Source: a virus (Duplodnaviria; Heunggongvirae; Uroviricota; Caudoviricetes). Taken from it: a DNA stretch of 7,280 nt. Below, piece by piece: positions 1 through 6,089 of the stretch. Where the stretch lies: positions 1 to 7,280 of the IMG/VR virus record IMGVR_UViG_2541047771_000008. One strand, given 5' to 3'. The notes beneath the pieces are model-generated. The model was not told the DNA's origin and searched no databases. It saw only the letters and a program-made list of their open reading frames with translations. Within the stretch, counting starts at the first letter, position 1; every line of letters begins with the position of its first letter. A program made the translations under genes and the position numbers.

Positions 1-1239
1 ATGAGCAGGGCAATTCATAGACTTAGCGACACTCTTTTACGAAAATTAAGCGGATCACCAACCACAAAAAACACCTTTTTTAATGATGGTGGCAACCTTA
101 GCGTAAGGCATTCAACCAATGGCCTGTTAACCTGGTATTTCACTTACAGGGCCGGAACTGGCAGGCAGGTATCACCGGAACGCCTGAGACTGGGCAACTA
201 TCCCGATCTGAGCCTGAAAGCAGCCAGAGAAAAAGCGGCACAGTGTCGCGCCTGGCTGGCGGAGGGGAAAAATCCACGCCATGAGCTTAATCACACAGTG
301 CAGGAAGCGTTAGCACCTGTAACGGTTAAGGACGCGATCACTTACTGGCTTGAGTCATACGCGAAGGAAAAGCGCACTGACCACGAATCACTGAAAAGCC
401 GGATCAATAAGCACATAATCAGCCAGATTGGTGCTATGCCGCTGGATAAATGCGAGTTACGCCACTGGCTGGCCTGTTTTGACCAGCTTGCTAAGCGTAA
501 TCCGGTATCAGCCGGCTTTTTGTTGCAGGTATGCAAGCAGGCGCTTAAGTACTGCCGTAAACGTCGCTACGCCGTCAGTAACGTTCTTGATGATATGGTC
601 GTAGGTGATGTGGGAAAAAAAGCAGAAATAAGCGAGCGAGTGCTAACAAACAAGGAGCTTGGCGAGCTACTCCGCGCACTGGATGAAAAAATTTTCCCGC
701 CGTACTACAGCGCCTTAATTCGCCTTCTGATTGTCTTTGGATGCCGTACCACTGAGCTAAGACGCTCCGAGGTTCAGGAATGGGATTTTAAAGAAATGCT
801 CTGGACTGTGCCGAAAGAACACAGCAAAACGAAGGTAGCAATATTCAGGCCAATACCGGAAGCGATCTTGCCGTTTGTCATGAAGCTGGTGGAGAAGAAC
901 AGGCACACGGGCTTATTGCTTGGAGAACTGAAAGGGCAATCATCCGTAGCAGAGTACGGAAGAACGGCACACAGACGCATTAATCAAGCCCCCTGGTCGT
1001 TGCATGACATCCGGCACACATTTACAACCATGCTGAACGATTTAGGCGTGGATCCGCATATTGTCGAGCAGCTTACCGCCCACCAGATGCCGGGGATGCA
1101 ACGAGTCTATAACCACTCCCGTTATCTTGATGCAAAACGTGATGCTCTTAATCTATGGGTAGACCGTCTCGAGCTTCTCCAGAACAATGATGAAAAAATC
1201 GTTGTTATGACCCCGCGAATTTACCCCCAAAATTCTTGA
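1..1239 (+). CDS. int: site-specific tyrosine integrase, P4-type
   Basis: Complete 412-aa ORF starting at window position 1 with stop TGA at 1237-1239. The C-terminal half carries tyrosine-recombinase signatures (LHDIRHTFTT box, RVYNHSRYLD tyrosine region, upstream conserved Arg region). Length and N-terminal domain fit P4-like integrases. The RBS and att site would lie left of the window and cannot be seen. Confidence 0.92.
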   Translation: MSRAIHRLSDTLLRKLSGSPTTKNTFFNDGGNLSVRHSTNGLLTWYFTYRAGTGRQVSPERLRLGNYPDLSLKAAREKAAQCRAWLAEGKNPRHELNHTVQEALAPVTVKDAITYWLESYAKEKRTDHESLKSRINKHIISQIGAMPLDKCELRHWLACFDQLAKRNPVSAGFLLQVCKQALKYCRKRRYAVSNVLDDMVVGDVGKKAEISERVLTNKELGELLRALDEKIFPPYYSALIRLLIVFGCRTTELRRSEVQEWDFKEMLWTVPKEHSKTKVAIFRPIPEAILPFVMKLVEKNRHTGLLLGELKGQSSVAEYGRTAHRRINQAPWSLHDIRHTFTTMLNDLGVDPHIVEQLTAHQMPGMQRVYNHSRYLDAKRDALNLWVDRLELLQNNDEKIVVMTPRIYPQNS

Positions 1240-1290
1240 CAAATTACGGCTGTTTTTTCTTTAAGAGATTACAGCCGTGAATAAATCGTA

Positions 1291-1320
1291 GAATATCGGA
1301 AAATATCTGCAAATATCTTC
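1291..1320. repeat. three tandem 10-bp phased repeats (GAATATCGGA / AAATATCTGC / AAATATCTTC) in the int-alpA spacer
   Basis: Read directly: the AATATC core recurs at exact 10-bp periodicity, placing the copies on one face of the helix. The spacer 1240-1658 is strongly AT-rich. Function (regulator, IHF or recombination-directionality binding) is inferred only. Confidence 0.4.
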
Positions 1321-1658
1321 GCTTTATATATGTCAACCATCAAAAAATTGGAATGTCTTCTTCTGAACTTTTATTCTCTGTTTCTTGATTGTTCCAACAC
1401 TTGATGGTTTATCTATTTGTTTTTAATGAGATAATTCAAGCGCAATGCCAAGTAACGACATTTTTTGTTGCATCGCTTAAAAACTCGTGACACGATTTTA
1501 AACACTAACGAGCTTCTACGAACCTTAGCGAACAAAGCCTTTAGCAAGGTTGTGTTTTTAATTTAAGAGGTGAAAAAAGAATCTAAGTAATATCCGATCT
1601 CATATATCTACAGCTAAGAGAAAAGTTTATATACGTAATTTTTTATGTAGGTTTTTGT

Positions 1659-1868
1659 ATGCGTGAAATAAATGAAGATCGCGTAATCCGTGAGGATGAA
1701 TGTCGTAAGTTAACTGGAGTGTGTCGCACTACACGCTATGAACTGGAGAAAAAAGGGAATTTCCCGTCACGCCGTAATCTGGGCGGTCGTTCTGTAGGTT
1801 GGCTGCTGTCCGAGGTTATGGAATGGGTTAAAAGCCGGGATCGCATTAATTCAGGCAAGGCAGCGTAA
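1659..1868 (+). CDS. alpA: AlpA/Vis-family helix-turn-helix regulator (prophage transcriptional activator / excision regulator)
   Basis: 69-aa ORF; the segment CRKLTGVCRTTRYELEKKGNFPSRRNLGGRSVGWLLSEVMEWV matches the AlpA family pattern (HTH followed by FP-x-P...G-x-RSV-x-W...EV-x-W). A weak AGG lies 8 nt upstream of ATG 1659. The position just after int is typical for P4-like elements and PICIs. Confidence 0.88.
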   Translation: MREINEDRVIREDECRKLTGVCRTTRYELEKKGNFPSRRNLGGRSVGWLLSEVMEWVKSRDRINSGKAA

Positions 1869-1895
1869 AGGGGAGCATATGACATATAAAACAAA

Positions 1896-1915
1896 GGCGA
1901 CCGGGGGCGGTCGCC
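1896..1915 (-). terminator. intrinsic terminator hairpin for the minus-strand mini-operon (possibly also a weak stop for alpA)
   Basis: Perfect 8-bp GC stem GGCGACCG / CGGTCGCC with loop GGGG. On the minus strand the hairpin is followed by a U-rich tract (complement of 1879-1895 gives UUUGUUUUAUAUGUCAU). On the plus strand no U-tract follows. It lies about 70 nt past the stop of the minus-strand gene ending at 1983. Confidence 0.5.
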
Positions 1916-1982
1916 AATGGATACACACTAAACTTGAACGCATCACCAACAATGCCACATTTGCGGCTGGTGGGCAATGTGA

Positions 1983-2156
1983 TCAGTCAGATTTGGTTCG
2001 TTCCAAGGTTTGCAACGAGAGCTTTTTCCTGTGCTCTTTAAGGAATTTCTCAAGAGCAAAAGCACATGGCGCGAATCTTTCTGATTCATGCTCTATCTTT
2101 CTGCGCCGTCTTTTCCGTGCCGGTGATAATGTTTTGGTCAATTCTTTATCGGTCAT
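1983..2156 (-). CDS. small highly basic protein (57 aa), unknown function
   Basis: Minus-strand ORF; the start is chosen at the second ATG (2156) because AGGA sits 7 nt upstream, whereas the ATG at 2171 has no SD. Translation MTDKELTKTLSPARKRRRRKIEHESERFAPCAFALEKFLKEHRKKLSLQTLERTKSD is K/R/E-rich and predicted helical. It sits second in an operon after the RHH gene. No family recognised by eye. Confidence 0.5.
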   Translation of the reverse strand: MTDKELTKTLSPARKRRRRKIEHESERFAPCAFALEKFLKEHRKKLSLQTLERTKSD

Positions 2157-2213
2157 TGTGTTGTCCTGCATAGCAATGCGCCGTAGTTACTCACACCACG
2201 GCGCTGGTGATGG

Positions 2214-2393
2214 TTACTCCTGCTCTTTGGCCTTGCGGCGCTGGCGGCGTTTGATCTCGCCTTTAACGGCAGTAACTATAAATTGCGCCTTGCTTTCACC
2301 TTCATCTAAATTTTTTTCTAAGTCTGCAACAACATCATGCGGGAATCTGGCATTTAACTGTTGCGACTTATTATTTGTTGAACCTGTTGCCAT
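2214..2393 (-). CDS. ribbon-helix-helix (Arc/Mnt/CopG-like) DNA-binding protein, 59 aa
   Basis: Minus-strand ORF starting at ATG 2393 with SD AGAGAGGA 7 nt upstream; the longer 117-aa version from the ORF track has an implausible N-terminus. The segment QQLNARFPHDVVADLEKNLDEGESKAQFIVTAVKGEI follows the RHH layout and resembles P22 Arc (QFNLRWPREVLDLVRKVAEENGRSVNSEIYQRV, recalled from memory): beta-strand, helix A, G-x-S turn, helix B. It is followed by a basic tail. Confidence 0.72.
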   Translation of the reverse strand: MATGSTNNKSQQLNARFPHDVVADLEKNLDEGESKAQFIVTAVKGEIKRRQRRKAKEQE

Positions 2394-2414
2394 TACTGAA
2401 TCCTCTCTAAGTTG

Positions 2415-2504
2415 GTGCGATTCAGTATACACAAAAAAAATTTCAGAGAAAGGCTTGAAGTGCGATTCACTTGCTGATAGGTTAAAAACGAATGGTGCGA
2501 TGCA
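2415..2504. promoter_or_regulatory. divergent promoter/operator region with three direct repeats GTGCGAT(T/G)CA
   Basis: Repeats at 2415-2424, 2460-2469 and 2495-2504; the third is embedded in the palindrome GGTGCGATGCACC (2494-2506). On the minus strand a near-consensus -10 TATACT (complement of 2424-2429) abuts repeat 1, just upstream of the RHH SD. On the plus strand a candidate TTGAAG (2455-2460), 17-bp spacer, TAGGTT (2478-2483) overlaps repeat 2. The promoter hexamers are weak and this is inferred. Confidence 0.4.
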
Positions 2505-2748
2505 CCAAGCAACAACGCCCCGCAGTGGTGGCACACATGCAGGGCGTCTAACCACCAACGATAGCAACAGTATCGAGGCAGCTATGAGAAATTATACCAG
2601 ACACCCGCAAGGGCGGGACTCGCACAACCTGAATAAAGCGGGTGTAAAAAACCAGTTGATCGCCACTGCAAGCCAGGGCTATGATTTATCCGCACCAGCA
2701 AAATCTGGTGCCGGGATTGGCGTCCTGGAAATGTCAAAGGCGATATAT

Positions 2749-2768
2749 GACGCGCCAGCGTCTTTTTT
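2749..2768 (+). terminator. weak intrinsic terminator-like hairpin inside the long leader
   Basis: GACGC-GCCA-GCGTC (5-bp GC stem, 4-nt loop) followed immediately by TTTTTT (2763-2768). No plus-strand ORF with a start codon ends here. It could mark the 3' end of a small RNA or an attenuation point before the Icd-like operon. The stem is short, so confidence is low. Confidence 0.3.
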
Positions 2769-2934
2769 ATCGTCCGCATTCGCTCACATCAAAGTTATGG
2801 TGGGCTGGGCGGGGGCTTCTTCGGAAGCGCCGGTTCCCTTTGACGCCGGTTACGCCAACCCCGTTCAGTCCACCGCCAGCGAAATTGGCGTTTCCTGCGG
2901 TGGAAATTCTTCACTGTCAAAGGAGGCTGCCAAC

Positions 2935-3123
2935 ATGGCTACTATCCCTACCCTTGTACATTCTCAAACCGCCTTTCTCTGGCGCTTTATCATCTTTGGC
3001 GCGTCAGACCATCAAATCATCCACGTCACCGCCTGGACGGAACGTGAAGCGCGTAACCGCTGCCCGTCCGGTTGTGTTGCTGTATTCGCCGCCCGTATTC
3101 GCCAGGGGGTGTGCCATGCCTGA
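2935..3123 (+). CDS. small Icd-like protein (62 aa; prophage cell-division-inhibitor-like), first gene of the replication operon
   Basis: ATG 2935 is preceded by a perfect SD AGGAGG (2921-2926) at 8-nt spacing. Translation MATIPTLVHSQTAFLWRFIIFGASDHQIIHVTAWTEREARNRCPSGCVAVFAARIRQGVCHA resembles the short Icd-like proteins I recall being annotated beside P4-type integrases (memory only, not searched). It is the in-frame C-terminal end of the 414-aa shadow ORF; an alternative upstream start at 2584 (GAGG SD) cannot be excluded. Confidence 0.68.
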   Translation: MATIPTLVHSQTAFLWRFIIFGASDHQIIHVTAWTEREARNRCPSGCVAVFAARIRQGVCHA

Positions 3124-3436
3124 TATGTCAAATTACCAGTACCTGATTAATCCGCATTTTAACTGTGAGCATGATATTGCTAAAAAGGTTTATTCCGCTG
3201 CGGATGGGGCTACTGACAATATATCAATGGGTATTGCGTCAATTGGTAGCCTGATGTGGCATGCGTCAGAAAATGAGGACTATGACGAAAAGGCCATGCG
3301 CATTGATATGGGTAATATCGGTTTGTTACTGGCAATGCTTGGGCAGTTTGATATTTCGTTACGGTGCACCATTGAAAATGCCACAGATGCATTAAATGCC
3401 ATAAAGAAAGCGAATACTGATTCAAATCGGGGATAA
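3116..3436 (+). CDS. hypothetical protein (106 aa)
   Basis: ATG 3116 overlaps the upstream stop (ATGCCTGA, 3116-3123), indicating translational coupling. SD AGGGGG (3104-3109) precedes it. The N-terminal 145 codons of the annotated 251-aa ORF are Pro/Arg-rich junk, so the start is trimmed to 3116. The retained part has balanced composition. No family recognised. Confidence 0.68.
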   Translation: MPDMSNYQYLINPHFNCEHDIAKKVYSAADGATDNISMGIASIGSLMWHASENEDYDEKAMRIDMGNIGLLLAMLGQFDISLRCTIENATDALNAIKKANTDSNRG

Positions 3437-3442
3437 ATAATC

Positions 3443-3742
3443 ATGAGAACATATATATCTGGCTTGACTGCCAGCGGTTATGCACACCCCAAAATTATCC
3501 CCGGCGCTATTTATCTGGATAAGAACGGTAACAGAGTAACGGTAAAAGAACTGATGTTTGACCGTGTGTATTTTATTCGTGATGGCTATTCATTTCATAG
3601 TTCGCTGAACGTGGAGATCTTTATTTGCAGATTCCGGCGGGAAATCCCGCCTTCCAGAAATAACCATGTGTCATGTATGGATGTTGATAAAAAACTACAG
3701 GAGCTGAAAAACATGATTGCCGCGTGGAGAGAGCAGAAATGA
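3443..3742 (+). CDS. hypothetical protein (99 aa), coupled to the helicase/primase gene
   Basis: ATG 3443 lies 6 nt after the upstream stop, with GGGGA upstream. Its stop TGA (3740-3742) overlaps the next start (ATGA at 3739-3742). It occupies the position held by small early genes such as epsilon in P4; that is positional analogy only, with no sequence recognition. Confidence 0.68.
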   Translation: MRTYISGLTASGYAHPKIIPGAIYLDKNGNRVTVKELMFDRVYFIRDGYSFHSSLNVEIFICRFRREIPPSRNNHVSCMDVDKKLQELKNMIAAWREQK

Positions 3743-5556
3743 AAAAAGCGCCAAATTTAAAACACCAGCCGCGTGACAAAATGACGGAAGTCATCATTTT
3801 TGCGGGTAGTAATGCGTGGGCACATGCGAAGCAGTGGCAGGAACAGGACGGGCGACTGGCTGGCGATAACGTGCCTCCTGTCTGGCTTGGAGAGCAACAA
3901 CTTGCCGAACTGGACAACCTGCAAATCGTACCGGACGGACGCTATCGCGTGCGTCTCTATCAGGCGGGGTTATTGCGTCCGGGGCTTGTTAATACCATCG
4001 GGCAGAAACTGGCAGCGGCAGGTGTCAGGGATGCTGATTATTACCCTGAAGGAATGCACAGCCAGAAACGGGAGAACTGGCGCGAATATCTGGAACGTGA
4101 ACGGGCAGAGCTGGCGGAAAAGAAAAAGGTAGTTGAACTGCCTGTAAAGAAAAAAGAGCGGGTAAAAGACGATAACGCTTCATCACTGGCGCTTAACCAG
4201 ATGGGAGCAAGTCAACGCGGCGAAGTTCTCCTGGCACATTATGGCGGTGAACTGGCGATTCATGCTGACTCTGACACTGTTCACCATTACAACGGCGTTG
4301 TATGGGAGCCAGTACAGGATAAAGAATTACAGCGAGCTATGGCACAGATTTTCATTGATGCGGAGATCAGCTATTCGCAGAACGCCATTAAATCGGCGGT
4401 CGATACCATGAAGTTAAGTTTGCCTGTTATGGGGAATACAGCCCGTAACCTGATTGGATTCAGTAACGGGGTATTTGATACCAGAACAGGTAATTTTCGG
4501 GAGCATAACAAAAACGACTGGTTGTTAATTGCCAGTGAATTACCTTTCAGCCCACCAGCAGAGGGGGAAACGCTGGCAACACATGCGCCGAATTTCTGGA
4601 AGTGGTTACGCCGTTCGGTGGCTGAGAATGACTGCAAGGCGGATCGCGTACTGGCTGCATTATTCATGGTGCTGGCGAACAGGTACGACTGGCAGTTATT
4701 CATTGAGGTAACAGGTCCAGGAGGAAGTGGTAAAAGCGTGATGGCGGAGATTTGCACCATGCTGGCGGGTAAGGCCAACACAGTATCGGCAAGCATGAAG
4801 GCGCTGGAAGATGCAAGGGAACGCGCGTTAGTGGTTGGCTTTTCGCTGATTATCATGCCGGATATGACCCGCTACGCTGGTGATGGGGCAGGAATTAAGG
4901 CCATTACAGGCGGTGACAAGGTGGCAATTGACCCGAAACACAAAGCCCCCTACTCAACGCGTATTCCGGCAGTAGTGCTGGCGGTTAACAATAACGCCAT
5001 GTCATTCAGTGACCGCAGCGGGGGGATCTCACGTCGTCGGGTGATATTCAATTTTTCGGAAGTTGTACCGGAGGACGAACGCGATCCGATGCTGGCGGAA
5101 AAAATAGAAGGTGAGCTGGCGGTAGTGATTCGCCATCTGCTTACACGGTTTGCTGACCAGGACGAAGCCAGACGCCTGTTATATGAGCAGCAGAAATCTG
5201 AAGAAGCACTGGCGATAAAGCGAGAGGGGGATTCGCTGGTGGACTTCTGCGGCTATCTCATGGCGTCGGTAATGTGTGATGGCCTGTTAGTGGGTAATGC
5301 TGAAATTGTGCCATTCAGCCCACGCAGGTATCTCTATCATGCCTATCTGGCTTATATGAGGGCACATGGGTTTGGTAAACCTGTAACACTGACGCGCTTC
5401 GGTAAAGATATGCCGGGGGCAATGGCGGAATATGGCAGGGAGTATATGAAACGGAAAACGAAGCACGGTTTGCGTTCAAACGTGACACTGACGGAGGAAT
5501 CAGAAGACTGGATGCCATCATGTGTATCGGTCACTAATGACGACAGCAAAAATTAA
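3739..5556 (+). CDS. replication protein: P4 alpha-like primase C-terminal (D5_N-like) plus SF3 helicase
   Basis: 605 aa from ATG 3739 (SD GGAGAGAG upstream; the ORF track's GTG at 3724 is a less likely start). Walker A is VTGPGGSGKS, a Walker B-like stretch is FSLIIMPDM, and motif C is VLAVNNNAMSFSDRSGG. The block upstream of the P-loop (NLIGFSNGVFDTRTG) is typical of phage/plasmid primase C-terminal regions. The matching iteron array lies immediately downstream. Confidence 0.9.
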   Translation: MKKAPNLKHQPRDKMTEVIIFAGSNAWAHAKQWQEQDGRLAGDNVPPVWLGEQQLAELDNLQIVPDGRYRVRLYQAGLLRPGLVNTIGQKLAAAGVRDADYYPEGMHSQKRENWREYLERERAELAEKKKVVELPVKKKERVKDDNASSLALNQMGASQRGEVLLAHYGGELAIHADSDTVHHYNGVVWEPVQDKELQRAMAQIFIDAEISYSQNAIKSAVDTMKLSLPVMGNTARNLIGFSNGVFDTRTGNFREHNKNDWLLIASELPFSPPAEGETLATHAPNFWKWLRRSVAENDCKADRVLAALFMVLANRYDWQLFIEVTGPGGSGKSVMAEICTMLAGKANTVSASMKALEDARERALVVGFSLIIMPDMTRYAGDGAGIKAITGGDKVAIDPKHKAPYSTRIPAVVLAVNNNAMSFSDRSGGISRRRVIFNFSEVVPEDERDPMLAEKIEGELAVVIRHLLTRFADQDEARRLLYEQQKSEEALAIKREGDSLVDFCGYLMASVMCDGLLVGNAEIVPFSPRRYLYHAYLAYMRAHGFGKPVTLTRFGKDMPGAMAEYGREYMKRKTKHGLRSNVTLTEESEDWMPSCVSVTNDDSKN

Positions 5557-5567
5557 ACTTATGGAAT

Positions 5568-5800
5568 AACTGTTCACCACTGTTCACCCTGTCATAAATA
5601 TCTTTTATATCAGTATATTATAGGGTGAACAGTTATTTATGAACTGTTCACCAAACTATTCACTGTTCACCTTTTTGATTGTTTATTGAGCTTCAAGGGT
5701 GAACAGTGGTGAACAGTTGGTGAATAGTTTTTGTGAAACTGTTCACCCCTTAACATTATGAATTAAAAGATAAAATATCAAAAGGTGAACAGGTGAAGGG
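5568..5800. repeat. replication origin (P4 ori/crr-type): iteron array of TGTTCACC octamers with AT-rich spacers
   Basis: Perfect TGTTCACC at 5571-5578, 5581-5588, 5645-5652, 5664-5671 and 5740-5747. Reverse-complement GGTGAACA at 5624-5631, 5698-5705, 5708-5715 and 5784-5791. Degenerate copies at 5719-5726 and 5792-5799. AT-rich stretches (for example 5591-5623) lie between copies. The octamer matches the type I iteron bound by P4 alpha protein as I recall it. Confidence 0.82.
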
Positions 5801-5843
5801 TTAAAACGCAAAAATTTTAATTTACTGCTGTGAGATAAAGCCT

Positions 5844-6089
5844 ATGACAGCGAAGCACACAAAAAAATCACAATCGCACGCCCTTGATTTGACGGAACAC
5901 TGGTTAAGGGTGTCGATAAAAATCATCGACCGCAACGCCGGGGAAGGATATGCGAAAGCACATCCAGAACTGATTAGCGCATTCATGACAACGGCAGCTG
6001 CAAACTTTGCCACGCTGACAGAACGGGAGATTGCCGAAGCGGAACAGGTGACAACCATCAACGTTAAAACCGGAGAGCAGACAGCATGA
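5844..6089 (+). CDS. hypothetical small protein (81 aa)
   Basis: The ORF has a weak SD (GAGAT). Its stop overlaps the SSB start (ATGA at 6086-6089), which supports it being real and co-translated with ssb. Minus-strand ORFs over the same region are Cys/Trp-rich and look like antisense artefacts. No family recognised. Confidence 0.5.
   Translation: MTAKHTKKSQSHALDLTEHWLRVSIKIIDRNAGEGYAKAHPELISAFMTTAAANFATLTEREIAEAEQVTTINVKTGEQTA

Noticed and set aside
342-980. Minus-strand ORFs 342-536 and 774-980 inside the integrase gene
   Set aside because: They lie antisense within a clearly recognisable integrase, with odd composition and no RBS; they are overlap artefacts.
1983-2393. Calling the RHH plus small-protein pair a HicAB or ParDE-type toxin-antitoxin system
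   Set aside because: The 57-aa partner shows none of the motifs I associate with HicA, RelE/ParE or CcdB, and it is shorter than most type II toxins. A toxin-antitoxin-like function remains only a hypothesis in the findings, not a family call.
2394-2567. N-terminal extension of the minus-strand 117-aa ORF (2214-2567)
   Set aside because: The extension (MLSLVVRRPACVPPLRGVVAWC...) is implausible and has no RBS. The internal ATG at 2393 has a strong SD and yields a canonical-length RHH protein.
2681-3115. N-terminal 145 codons of the annotated 251-aa ORF (2681-3436)
   Set aside because: Pro/Arg/Leu-rich low-complexity translation overlapping the Icd-like gene in another frame. A coupled start with SD exists at 3116, so only 3116-3436 is called.
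1879-3123. 414-aa plus-strand ORF with a decent SD (AAGGGGAG) right after alpA
   Set aside because: Its translation over 1983-2393 is Cys/Ser/Leu/Arg-rich, typical of antisense reading of lysine/glutamate-rich genes, and it runs through a strong terminator hairpin. Only its last 62 codons have their own perfect SD and protein-like composition, which I call the Icd-like gene. A long shadow ORF in GC-rich DNA is the simpler explanation, though an N-terminally longer Icd-like protein (start about 2584) is not fully excluded.
3210-5549. Internal or antisense ORFs 3210-3425(-), 3621-3917(-), 3800-4132(+), 4371-4856(-), 4529-4711(+), 5315-5521(-), 5352-5549(-)
   Set aside because: All are nested within or antisense to the coupled replication operon whose main frame carries the recognisable motifs (Walker A and others); compositions are Cys/Trp/Arg-skewed.
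5568-5800. Possible CRISPR array suggested by the dense short repeats
   Set aside because: The repeat unit is only 8-10 bp, occurs in both orientations with irregular AT-rich spacing, and sits directly 3' of a replication initiator gene. This is an iteron origin, not a CRISPR array.
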